Origin: Alphaproteobacteria bacterium
GTDB lineage: Bacteria > Pseudomonadota > Alphaproteobacteria > Bin95
Assembly: GCA_963665325.3 (NCBI GenBank)
Contig: CAXXWS020000002.1
Location: forward strand, 1,216,001-1,280,000
DNA: 64,000 nucleotides
Direction of reading: 5' to 3'
Shown here: piece by piece, positions 19,726 through 27,854 of the stretch
How the letters are laid out: the number at the start of each line of letters is the position of its first letter
Position numbering within the stretch: position 1 is the first letter of the stretch
Made by a program: the position numbers and the translations under genes
The notes under the pieces: model-generated
The model's input: the letters and a program-made list of their open reading frames with translations, nothing else
Database searches by the model: none
What the model was told of the DNA's origin: nothing

Positions 19726-21369
19726 ATGACGCGCAATCTGGACCCGATTACCGTCTCCGTGGTGAGCCACCGGCTGACCGCCATTGTCGAGGAGATGGGC
19801 GAGGCGATGCTGCGCACGGCCTATTCGCAGATTCTCAACTCCTCGCGCGACTTTTCGGCCGCAATCTGCGACCGCGACTGCCGCCTGGTCGCGCAGGCCG
19901 AGCACATTCCAGTCCATGTGGGCGCGATGCCCTGGGCGGCCAAGGCGGTTTCGGCCCGGTTCGGCGACGATGTGCATGAGGGCGACCTGTTCGTCGTCAA
20001 CGACCCCTATGCCGGCGGCGGCAGCCACCTGCCGGACGTGACCGTATTCGCGCCCGTGTTCATCGACGGGCGGCTCGCTTTCTGGACCATCAACCGTGCC
20101 CATCACAGCGATATCGGCGGCGCGACCCATGGTGCGTACAACCCGTCTGCCACCGAGATATTTCACGAAGGCCTCCGAATCCCGCCGCTAAGGCTCTGGG
20201 AGCGCGGCCGTCCGCGCGACGACCTGCTGGAGATGCTGGCGCTCAACGTTCGCCACCCGCGCGATTTCAAGGGCGACCTGGCCGCGCAGATCGGTTCGGT
20301 GCGCCTGGGCGAAGCCCGGCTCCAGGCGCTGGTCGATACCTTCGATGCGCAAACGGTGATGGCCGCGTGCGAGGCGGTGCTGGATGGCGCTGAGCGGCGG
20401 TCGCGGGCCGAGGTCGAGACATGGAAGGAGGGCGTGTTCCACGGCGAGGCGTTTCTCGACGATGACGGCCACGGCAGGCACGATATCGCCATCCGGGCCA
20501 CGGCTACGGTCCGCGCGGGCGAGGTCACGGTGGACCTCGGCGCGTCGGATCCGCAGAGCACCGCTTTCGTCAACTCCAGCCACGCCAATACGGTTTCGGC
20601 GGTCACGCAGTCCTTCGCATATCTGATCGACCCGGAGATCCCGAAGAACGAGGGCGCGTTCCGCCCGCTGACGGTCAAGCTGAAGGAAGGGACGATCGTG
20701 TGGGCCGAAGACGGCCTCCCGGTCACCATGTGCACCTCGCATTGCGGCAACGAGATCATCGAGGCCGTCATCACGGCGCTCGCCCAGTCCTGTCCGGCGC
20801 GCACCATGGCGGGCTGGGGCCGCCGGCTGCGCATTGCCATCAAGGGCCGGGACCCGCGCAACGGGCGCGGCTTCATCTGGCACATGTTCTACGCCCGGCC
20901 CGGCGGCGGCGGTTCGCCGGGCGGGGACGGCTGGCACTCGGTCGGCGAATGGCACTCCGCCGGCGGGCTGAAATTCGGCAGCGTCGAGGTGGCGGAGGTC
21001 CGTTTCCCGCTGCACATCGCGCGCCACGAATTCCGTCCGGGTTCCGGCGGCGTTGGGGAATACAGGGGCGGCTGCGGCGCGGAACTGGAGCTGCGCGTCG
21101 AAACGGAGGAGCCTGCCGTCGCCAACACCGCGGGCGACGGCGTGCGTTACGGCGCACGCGGCATACTGGGCGGCGCGGACGGGTTGCCGCACCGCTATAT
21201 CCACCACGGCTCCGGCGGCGGGCGCGTGCTGCCGAGCAAGCTGGTGGGCATCGAGGTGGCGCCGGGCGATGTGTTCGAGGTCCTGTCGGGCGGCGGCGGC
21301 GGCTGGGGCGATCCCGCGCGCCGCTCCGAAGCCGCAGCGGAGGAAGACCGGCTGGACGGGGTCGCCTGA
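19726..21369 (+). CDS. Hydantoinase B/oxoprolinase family protein
   Basis: AIVEEMG..MLRTAYS, RDFSAA, IPVHVG, NDPY.GG.HLPD, HHSDIGG, GGGGWGDP. Confidence 0.93.
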   Translation: MTRNLDPITVSVVSHRLTAIVEEMGEAMLRTAYSQILNSSRDFSAAICDRDCRLVAQAEHIPVHVGAMPWAAKAVSARFGDDVHEGDLFVVNDPYAGGGSHLPDVTVFAPVFIDGRLAFWTINRAHHSDIGGATHGAYNPSATEIFHEGLRIPPLRLWERGRPRDDLLEMLALNVRHPRDFKGDLAAQIGSVRLGEARLQALVDTFDAQTVMAACEAVLDGAERRSRAEVETWKEGVFHGEAFLDDDGHGRHDIAIRATATVRAGEVTVDLGASDPQSTAFVNSSHANTVSAVTQSFAYLIDPEIPKNEGAFRPLTVKLKEGTIVWAEDGLPVTMCTSHCGNEIIEAVITALAQSCPARTMAGWGRRLRIAIKGRDPRNGRGFIWHMFYARPGGGGSPGGDGWHSVGEWHSAGGLKFGSVEVAEVRFPLHIARHEFRPGSGGVGEYRGGCGAELELRVETEEPAVANTAGDGVRYGARGILGGADGLPHRYIHHGSGGGRVLPSKLVGIEVAPGDVFEVLSGGGGGWGDPARRSEAAAEEDRLDGVA

Positions 21370-21384
21370 CCGGGAACGCGCCCG

Positions 21385-23766
21385 CTACATCCCGATACGC
21401 AGGCCGGCGAGGAATACGACCTCCGGGTTGCGGCCGGCATCGTGGCCGGGTTCGTGGCTCAATACAGCGCCCACGCGCCATACGGCATCGGGCCCGGCCG
21501 CCTCGGTCCAGTCGATGCCAAAATCGATCTCACGGCCCGATGGCGCCAGGCCGACAGGCACCTGCCGGCGCTGCACCGCGCCTTCCGGCGTCCGGCCTAC
21601 GGGAAAGGAGAGGCTGAGGCTCCCGCTCTCGACGCGGAGCGGCTGTTGCACGGAAAGCCTGAGCGTTCCGTTGTCGAACGCGTGCGCGGCCGCTGCGGAA
21701 AAGGCCGTGCTGAAAGCGCCCTTGCTTCCGTCGGCCAGCATCCCGCCGTCGGCCTCCGGTGTCGCGCGTCCGAATTCGGCAGCCGCGTCGAAGCGCCAGC
21801 CGCCGGCATCGAATGCGCCCGACGCGCCGACGAAATTGAGGCTCGAAGAGAGCCTGCCGAAGGCGCCTTCGGCGCTTGACCCGAATAGGGCGTCGGTTTC
21901 CCTGATCCAGCCCGCGTGAAGGCCGGCCGGCCCGTCCGCCGGCTGCCATGCGAGCGTGATCCCGTGCGTGTCGCCTTCCATCGTGCGGACGCCGGCCTCG
22001 CCGCCGGAGTCGGCCGAGGCGAAGGCGGCGAGCACCGTATTCCCGAGCCAGGCTTTCGCCGTTGCGGTGTGCGGCGCAAGGCTCATATGCCCGGCGCCGG
22101 GCGCGCCGAAGCCGAACTGCAGGCGACTCCCGGCCGGGCCGGCGCCTTCAGCCAGTGCGGTTTCGCCTTCGCGGGAAACGGTCGCTCCGGCGCCGTCCCC
22201 GTCCCGTTCGGCAAGCCATCGGGAGAGGCGCGTCGCCAGACCCGTTGGCGCCGGCTCGCGAACGAAATGCCCCGCATCCACCCAGAACGGCGCGTTGAGC
22301 GTGTCGAACAGGGCAATTTCGCTGCCCGCGAGGCTTCGCTCCATCCCGTCTCCCATGGCGTGGCCCGGCGAAAACCAGCTCGATTGCGCCGACGGACCGC
22401 TGCCGTCCGCCCGACTGCCCAACACGACGGACATCGTGCCGGCCGGTGCCGTGGCGGCATCGAGGTCCATAAGCCCGCGTCCCAATATCGAGGAGAGCTC
22501 GCAGTCGCGCAGGTCGCCGTCCAGATCGAGATGGGCCGGGCAGGCGCCGCCGGATGAGACGGTGTCGGGCGTCACCTGCGCCGTCTCGTAGAGCCGGGTC
22601 AGCAGTTCCTCGTTCGCCATTTGGCTGCGGAACCAGTGCTTGAGTACCGCCAGGCCGCCGGTGACGTAAGGCGCCGCGAATGATGTTCCGCGCCAACGGG
22701 CGTAGCCGCGCTCTTCATCCTGCGTCTGCTCGTCCCGTTGGTAATAGGCAACCGGCATTCGGTCGCCGGGCGCAGCGATACACCATTTCGCGGCGATCCC
22801 GCAGCGGTTGGAGAACGAGGCGATGTCCCCCTGGTCGTCCGTCGCCACGACGGCTACGACATGGCTGCGCAAGGTGTCCTCAAGCACGGGCAGCCCGGCG
22901 TAAAGTGTCGGCGAGGATGCGTCGAGCTCGCCCTCGACGCAGTTGGGCTCGGGGCTTGAGCATTTGTTGCCGTGGGCGTTGCCGGCCGCGATCACCAGGA
23001 CCGTCTTGCCGGTCGCCGTGCCCGGCTGTGCCAGGGTCCGGATCGCCGGCGCGTATAACGGACCGAAACTCGTGCTCAGATAATTCTCCACCAATCCCTT
23101 GATGGAAAAGCTCATATTCACGAAATCGGCCGGTCGTGTCAGCATTGAGAACTGCCGCGCGAGCCAGTCAACATTACTTTCCACATTCGTCGGCGTGGAT
23201 CCCCGGTAGTCCTCATCCGGATCGGCGCTGCCGAGGCGGACGGCGTACATTTCAAGATGGTCGATGCCCCAGGCAACGCCATGGAAGTCATGGTCCGAGA
23301 GCTCGGGCGGATCGTCGGGCACCGGCCCGTCGCGGGTCGCCGCGATAATGCTGGCCACCGCCGTGCCGTGATCCTTGTCCGGATCGGCCAGGCCGGACTC
23401 GGTGAGGCGGCTCGAGTCGAATTCCCAGTGCCCGCTGTCGATACCGTTGTCGATGACCGCGACGCGGGCGCCGGCGCCGGGCGCTGTTTCGGCGCCGTCC
23501 CGCAGGGCAATCCTCGCGTAAGCTGTTGCTGCGTTGATCTGTCGGAGCCCCCAAGCCGCCTCGTATTCGGCGTCGTTCTCATAACCCCCGATGGCGCCTT
23601 GCAGCGGTGAGGGGCGGGGTGCTGGAGAAGAAATCTGGCCGGAACCGGGTGCGCTCGGGCCACCGCCGGCGGAACGCGCGATACCCCCTCCTCCTCCTCC
23701 GCCACAGCCGGCCGCCATCGCCGTTAGCGCAATCGCCGCCGCCAATCTTGTCGTTGTCGTCGTCAT
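21385..23766 (-). CDS. S8 (subtilase) serine peptidase, putative lipoprotein with C-terminal beta-rich domain
   Basis: Lipobox AAGC followed by poly-Gly; triad VAVIDNG / DHGTAVAS / GTSFAAPYVTG; AAGN oxyanion motif; SFSNRCG; beta-strand-like C-terminus. Confidence 0.88.
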   Translation of the reverse strand: MTTTTTRLAAAIALTAMAAGCGGGGGGGIARSAGGGPSAPGSGQISSPAPRPSPLQGAIGGYENDAEYEAAWGLRQINAATAYARIALRDGAETAPGAGARVAVIDNGIDSGHWEFDSSRLTESGLADPDKDHGTAVASIIAATRDGPVPDDPPELSDHDFHGVAWGIDHLEMYAVRLGSADPDEDYRGSTPTNVESNVDWLARQFSMLTRPADFVNMSFSIKGLVENYLSTSFGPLYAPAIRTLAQPGTATGKTVLVIAAGNAHGNKCSSPEPNCVEGELDASSPTLYAGLPVLEDTLRSHVVAVVATDDQGDIASFSNRCGIAAKWCIAAPGDRMPVAYYQRDEQTQDEERGYARWRGTSFAAPYVTGGLAVLKHWFRSQMANEELLTRLYETAQVTPDTVSSGGACPAHLDLDGDLRDCELSSILGRGLMDLDAATAPAGTMSVVLGSRADGSGPSAQSSWFSPGHAMGDGMERSLAGSEIALFDTLNAPFWVDAGHFVREPAPTGLATRLSRWLAERDGDGAGATVSREGETALAEGAGPAGSRLQFGFGAPGAGHMSLAPHTATAKAWLGNTVLAAFASADSGGEAGVRTMEGDTHGITLAWQPADGPAGLHAGWIRETDALFGSSAEGAFGRLSSSLNFVGASGAFDAGGWRFDAAAEFGRATPEADGGMLADGSKGAFSTAFSAAAAHAFDNGTLRLSVQQPLRVESGSLSLSFPVGRTPEGAVQRRQVPVGLAPSGREIDFGIDWTEAAGPDAVWRVGAVLSHEPGHDAGRNPEVVFLAGLRIGM

Positions 23767-23970
23767 AGTTCTGCTTGCGATCTGCTCGTTGGGTGCAATG
23801 CCGCCGCCATCATCGACGCCGTTGAGATAAACAATCGTAAGAGTTGCAATAACTAAAAGGAATGGGGAAGCGCAATGCGGGCGGTCTGTGCTTGCACCCG
23901 AAAGCCGGCCGCGCCACGATGACCGGGATGGCCGGTCGATGCCGCGCCCGAGCATTCTATTGGGGGCCAC

Positions 23971-25020
23971 ATGCCGCTCGCATCCAGGCGCTACGAGGTT
24001 GCCGACATGATGGCGGCACAGGAATTCTATCACAGCCGAGGCTGGACCGACGGGCTGCCGGTGGTGCCGCCGACGGACGAGGCTGTCGAGGCCTGCCTGG
24101 AGTGGGCAGGCCTGCCGCCGGCCCATCTGGTGGGCGTCGAACCCGTGCGCGCCCGTGCGGTCACGGCTGAGAAGCTTGCGATCAACGCCGTCATGGCTGG
24201 CTGCCTGCCGATGCATTTCCCGGTGGTCGTCGCGGCGTTCACGGCGATGCTGCAGGAGCCTTTCCTGCTGCACGGCGCGACCGCCAGCACGGGCGGCTGC
24301 GCGGTGCTGGTCGTCGTCAACGGGCCGATTGCGGCCGAGATCGGCATGGACGCGACCTTCAACGCGCTCGCCTCCAGCGACCGCGCCTCTACAGTTGTCG
24401 GCCGGGCGCTGCGCCTCTGCCTCATCAACATGATGGATGTCCGGCCGGGCGCCATCGACCGCTCGGTGCTCGGCCACCCGGGCAAGATCAGCTATTGCGT
24501 GGCGGAGGACGAAGCCGGCTCACAATGGCTGCCGCTCGCCGAGGAGCGCGGCATGCCCGTCGGCGCCTCCTGCGTCACCGCAATGGCGGCCGGCGCGCCG
24601 CGCCAACTGATGAACGAGTGGACGACCGTTCCGGAGGAGATTCTGGACACCTTCGCCTCCGAGATACGCGCCAACATGCGCCACTATTCGATCTGGCCGG
24701 GCAACTACGCCATCGTCGTGCCGCCGCAATTGCGGGCCCACTTCCATGCCGCCGGCTGGTCCAAGGCGGATGTTCGCACCTATGTCTTCGAAAAGGCGCG
24801 TATCCTGCGCTCGGAATGGGCCGACTGCGGCAAGGGCGCGGTGGTGCGCGACCGCGGCGGTTGGGAATATACGGCGCTGTCGGCCCCGGAAGACCTGCTG
24901 GTGATCGCCGCGGGCGGCCCGGCGGGCGGCTTCGGCGCGGTCATTCCGCCCTGGCTCGGGCCCAAGAGCCGGGCGGTCACGGTCGCGATCGGCGCCTGCG
25001 TCGATTGCGAGATTCCATGA
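23971..25020 (+). CDS. Conserved hypothetical protein (GWTDGLPVVPPT type), neighbour of UGSC selenoprotein; C-terminal CxxC
   Basis: 349-aa ORF with native codon bias; EKLAINAVMAGC, VVVNGP, GRALRL, LGHPGK, AAGGPAG; ends GACVDCEIP. Confidence 0.8.
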   Translation: MPLASRRYEVADMMAAQEFYHSRGWTDGLPVVPPTDEAVEACLEWAGLPPAHLVGVEPVRARAVTAEKLAINAVMAGCLPMHFPVVVAAFTAMLQEPFLLHGATASTGGCAVLVVVNGPIAAEIGMDATFNALASSDRASTVVGRALRLCLINMMDVRPGAIDRSVLGHPGKISYCVAEDEAGSQWLPLAEERGMPVGASCVTAMAAGAPRQLMNEWTTVPEEILDTFASEIRANMRHYSIWPGNYAIVVPPQLRAHFHAAGWSKADVRTYVFEKARILRSEWADCGKGAVVRDRGGWEYTALSAPEDLLVIAAGGPAGGFGAVIPPWLGPKSRAVTVAIGACVDCEIP

Positions 25021-25049
25021 GGCGAACGATTTAGGAAGAGAGGTGAGGC

Positions 25050-25574
25050 ATGCGGATACTCGATCCGTCGCATGAAGAAGGGGCTGCGGGATTTGCGCCC
25101 GCGGTCCGGCTTGCGGCGCTGGAGGGCGCCACCGTCGGGGTGATCTCCAACGGCAAGGAAGGCACAAAGGGCTTCTTCGCCGCCTTCGAGCAGGCGCTCA
25201 GGGAACAATACGGCGTCGGCGAAGTCGTGCTGCGCACCAAGTCGAATTACAGCGCGCCGGCGGAAGCGGGCCTGCTGGAGGAAGCGAAGAACTGGGATGC
25301 GCTCGTCGCCGGCATTGGCGATTGAGGCAGCTGCTCGTCGTGCAGTTTGCATGACGCGGTTGCAGGAGAGCGCATCGGGGTGCCGTCAGCCGGCATCATG
25401 ACGGAAACTTTCGTGAGCGCGGCGGAGCTGATGGCGCGTGTGCTGGGTGCAGAGGACTATCCCTTTGCGGTGATCGAGCATCCGATCAGCAGCGCCGACC
25501 AGGCGGCGCTCGCGGCCCGCGCCGAGCGCGCTGCCGCGGACTGCGCCCGACTGCTTCTGGGCGCGGACGGGTAG
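25050..25574 (+). CDS. UGSC-family selenoprotein (in-frame UGA at 25323-25325 read as Sec), 174 aa
   Basis: ORFs 25050-25325 and 25347-25574 are in the same frame, joined by GIGD-TGA-GSCSSCSLHD; SECIS-like hairpin directly after the UGA; GAGGTG RBS before 25050, no obvious RBS before 25347. Confidence 0.85.
25327..25363 (+). promoter_or_regulatory. Bacterial SECIS-like stem-loop
   Basis: GCAGCUG-cu-CGUCGUGCA-[GUU]-UGCAUGACG-CGGUUGC: 7-bp lower stem, 2-nt bulge, 9-bp upper stem starting at the 11th nt after the UGA, apical loop starting with G. Confidence 0.75.
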
Positions 25575-25600
25575 GGCGCCGCCCTCCGAAGCCCGGTTCG

Positions 25601-25631
25601 GGCTCGCCGTCGTTTATCTTGGCGGCGAGCC
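25601..25631. terminator. Hairpin between convergent genes (possible terminator)
   Basis: ggctcgccgtc-gtttatctt-ggcggcgagcc, 11-bp stem with one G-U pair; no clear U-tract. Confidence 0.4.
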
Positions 25632-25673
25632 GGACTCCGCTCGAAATGTGTCCCACGTCGCGCGGGTTCCGTT

Positions 25674-26432
25674 CTAGAAGGTTCCGCTCATCTGCTCTAT
25701 GCGCGCCCGCACCTCCCCGGGAGACACGCCCGCCTGGCGCAGGCTTTGCAGCGTCAGCGCGCGGTCGCGCTTGGCGAGGCGGCGGCCGCTTGCATCGGTC
25801 AATACCGGATGGTGCTCATAGTCGGGCACCGGCAGGCCGAGCAGCCGTTGCAGGCGGTTCTGGATCGGCACGGCGAAGGCGAGATCCTCGCCGCGCGTCA
25901 CCAGGGTCACGCCCTGAAGCGCGTCATCGACGACCACGGCGAGGTGGTAGCTCGTGCGGATGTCCTTGCGCGCGACCACCGTGTCGTCCTCTGTCAACCG
26001 CAGCGCGTAAGCGTCGCCGCGCGCCATGCGGGCGTCGCGCTCGGCCTCGGTCAGCGCGCGGCATGTCCCGGCATAGGGCGCTCCTTCCGGGCCGTGCGGA
26101 GCCGTTGCCGCGGCCTCGATCTCCCTGCGGGTGCAGAAGCAGGGATAGAGCAACCCTTGAGCATCGAGCCGGGCGAGGGCGGCGGCATAGTCGTCCATGT
26201 GGTCGGACTGCCGGCGCACCGGCTCTTCCCATTCGAGGCCGAGCCAGGCGAGGTCTTCCAGGATGCCTGCCTCGAACTCGGGCCGGCAGCGACTCCGGTC
26301 GATATCCTCGATCCGGACGAGGAAGCGCCCGCCCGCGCGCGCCGCCCGGTCAGCAGCGAACAACGCCGAATAGGCGTGGCCCAGATGGAGCCTGCCGGTC
26401 GGGCTGGGGGCGAAGCGGGTGACTGTCTGCAT
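25674..26432 (-). CDS. gluQ: tRNA glutamyl-Q(34) synthetase GluQRS
   Basis: RFAPSPTGRLHLGH, RIEDID, YPCFCTR, YAGTCR, YHLAVVVDD, RGEDL, RLAKRD; no anticodon-binding domain. Confidence 0.92.
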   Translation of the reverse strand: MQTVTRFAPSPTGRLHLGHAYSALFAADRAARAGGRFLVRIEDIDRSRCRPEFEAGILEDLAWLGLEWEEPVRRQSDHMDDYAAALARLDAQGLLYPCFCTRREIEAAATAPHGPEGAPYAGTCRALTEAERDARMARGDAYALRLTEDDTVVARKDIRTSYHLAVVVDDALQGVTLVTRGEDLAFAVPIQNRLQRLLGLPVPDYEHHPVLTDASGRRLAKRDRALTLQSLRQAGVSPGEVRARIEQMSGTF

Positions 26433-26475
26433 GGAGTGGTGACAAGACCCCGGCTTTGGGCTAGCCGTCAACGCC

Positions 26476-27126
26476 ATGCAACTCGACGGCCCCCGACATC
26501 CGCCCACCGCCGGCGCCACCCCGGCTCGCATCGTCCTGCTGCTGCACGGCTACGGCGCGGACGGCAACGACCTGATCGGCCTGGCGCCCGCCTGGGCGCC
26601 GGCCTTGCCGGACACGCTGTTCGTGTCGCCGCATGCGCCCTTCCCCTGCGAGGGCGCGCCCTTCGGCCGCCAGTGGTTCGGCATCGCCGGGCGCGACACC
26701 GAAATGCGCCTCGCCGGCCTGCGCGCGGCCTCGGCGATGGTGGACGGCTTCATCGACGACCTGCTGGAAGAAACCGGCCTGCCGCCAGGCGCGCTCACGC
26801 TCGCGGGCTTCAGCCAGGGCACGATGCTGGCACTGCATGCGGGCCCCCGGCGCGCGGAACCGCTTGCCGGCATACTCGGCTATTCGGGGCGGTTGCTGGC
26901 GCCGGAACTGCTGGACGGGGAAGTGCTGAGCCGGCCGCCGGTGGCCCTCATCCACGGCGAGATGGACGAGCTGGTGCCGTTCTCCTCCATGGCGGAGGCG
27001 GATGCGGCGTTGGAGCAGGCGGGTTTTGCGGTCGAGACGCATGGGCGGCCGGGCCTCGGCCACGGCATCGACCCCGACGGCATGCGTGCCGGGCTGGCGT
27101 TCATGACGCGGATCGCGGGGCAATAG
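26476..27126 (+). CDS. Phospholipase/carboxylesterase (alpha/beta hydrolase)
   Basis: LLHGYGADG, RQWF, GFSQG nucleophile, HGEMDELVP, LGHGI. Confidence 0.92.
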   Translation: MQLDGPRHPPTAGATPARIVLLLHGYGADGNDLIGLAPAWAPALPDTLFVSPHAPFPCEGAPFGRQWFGIAGRDTEMRLAGLRAASAMVDGFIDDLLEETGLPPGALTLAGFSQGTMLALHAGPRRAEPLAGILGYSGRLLAPELLDGEVLSRPPVALIHGEMDELVPFSSMAEADAALEQAGFAVETHGRPGLGHGIDPDGMRAGLAFMTRIAGQ

Positions 27127-27201
27127 CCGCATTTTTCGACGCGCGGCATCTGCCGCTTACTCGGTTCGTTCGCTATTTTTGAAATAATTCCTGACATAGG
27201 C

Positions 27202-27228
27202 TTGATCTCAGAAAAACAGTGCTATTAT
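27202..27228 (+). promoter_or_regulatory. Putative sigma70 promoter within repeat copy 1
   Basis: TTGATC ... TGc-TATTAT (extended -10) with an AT-rich upstream tract; copy 2 has TGc-TACAAT; the spacer is only 15 nt. Confidence 0.55.
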
Positions 27229-27499
27229 AGACCAGGAGGAAGGAAGCGGCATCCGGCGGGGCCGCCTCGCCTTCCTGTTCGCGCCGGCGCGAAAAAAGCC
27301 CTGGGAAACGCATGGGACAAGTGCGCCCTGCGCCTCGCGCGCGCAATCAGCCGCGCGAACCGCGCCGGCGCTAACGCGCGCCGACAGGCGAGCGGGCGCG
27401 CACGCAGTACGCGCGAAACAGGGTCCCGCCCTGCCGGCAAGCCGGCGGCGGGGAGAACGGAACGAACGAGGAGAACCGATGAACGGCATGACCCCCATT

Positions 27500-27650
27500 C
27501 GTCGTCCCGGACGCTGCGCAGCACCGAGCCGGGACCTCAATGCGCAGGCTGCGCTCTCGCCACGCAAGGCCCCGGCTCGGGGGCCGGGGCGACGCCAAAA
27601 TTTGGGCCCCCAGCGTCATCCCGGCCGGAGCGACGCGGAGAGCCGGGACC
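27500..27650 (+). repeat. Two CGTC-tagged REP-like palindromes (27500-27538, 27614-27650)
   Basis: cgtcgtcccgg...ccgggacc and cgtcatcccgg...ccgggacc, imperfect palindromes with a CGTC 5' tag. Confidence 0.6.
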
Positions 27651-27854
27651 TCGTGCGGCTTGGCCGGGCCCCTTTGCACCGCGCACGACAAAACATGACA
27701 TTTCCGGCGGGCCTCATGACGAAACATGACATTTCATGACATCCGGCACAGGGGTGTCCCGGCGGCCCGCGCCGTATCGCTTCTGTCGAAACCGGGTCAT
27801 GGGGACCGTCGGTTCCAAGCCTCGAACGGCGGCAGGGCGCGACGGCGAGCGGGC

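Larger units (their letters stand above)
27176..27742 (+). repeat. Dispersed non-coding element, copy 1 (promoter-like head, hairpins, CATGAC array)
   Basis: 27196-27297 matches the reverse complement of 43107-43208 at 99/102 nt by manual alignment; patchy similarity continues to the CATGAC repeats at 27694-27740. Confidence 0.9.

Noticed and set aside
19726-21369. Hydantoinase B gene without an adjacent hydantoinase A
   Set aside because: Split A/B genes are common; the partner may lie outside the window.
23683-23703. (GGA)n poly-Gly codon run in the subtilase as a phase-variation tract
   Set aside because: Trinucleotide unit keeps the frame; Gly runs after a lipobox are common.
25323-25325. 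Pseudogene interpretation of the internal TGA
   Set aside because: The stop falls exactly at a redox-motif position, is followed by a SECIS-like hairpin, and both halves look intact.
27202-27729. 175-aa ORF MISEKQCYYRPGG... shared in part with 43101-43358
   Set aside because: Similarity reflects the DNA repeat; the reading frame is not kept between copies, it starts inside the promoter-like sequence, and it has no RBS.
27694-27742. CATGAC arrays as a CRISPR array
   Set aside because: Units are 10 bp with no unique 25-45 bp spacers and no cas genes.
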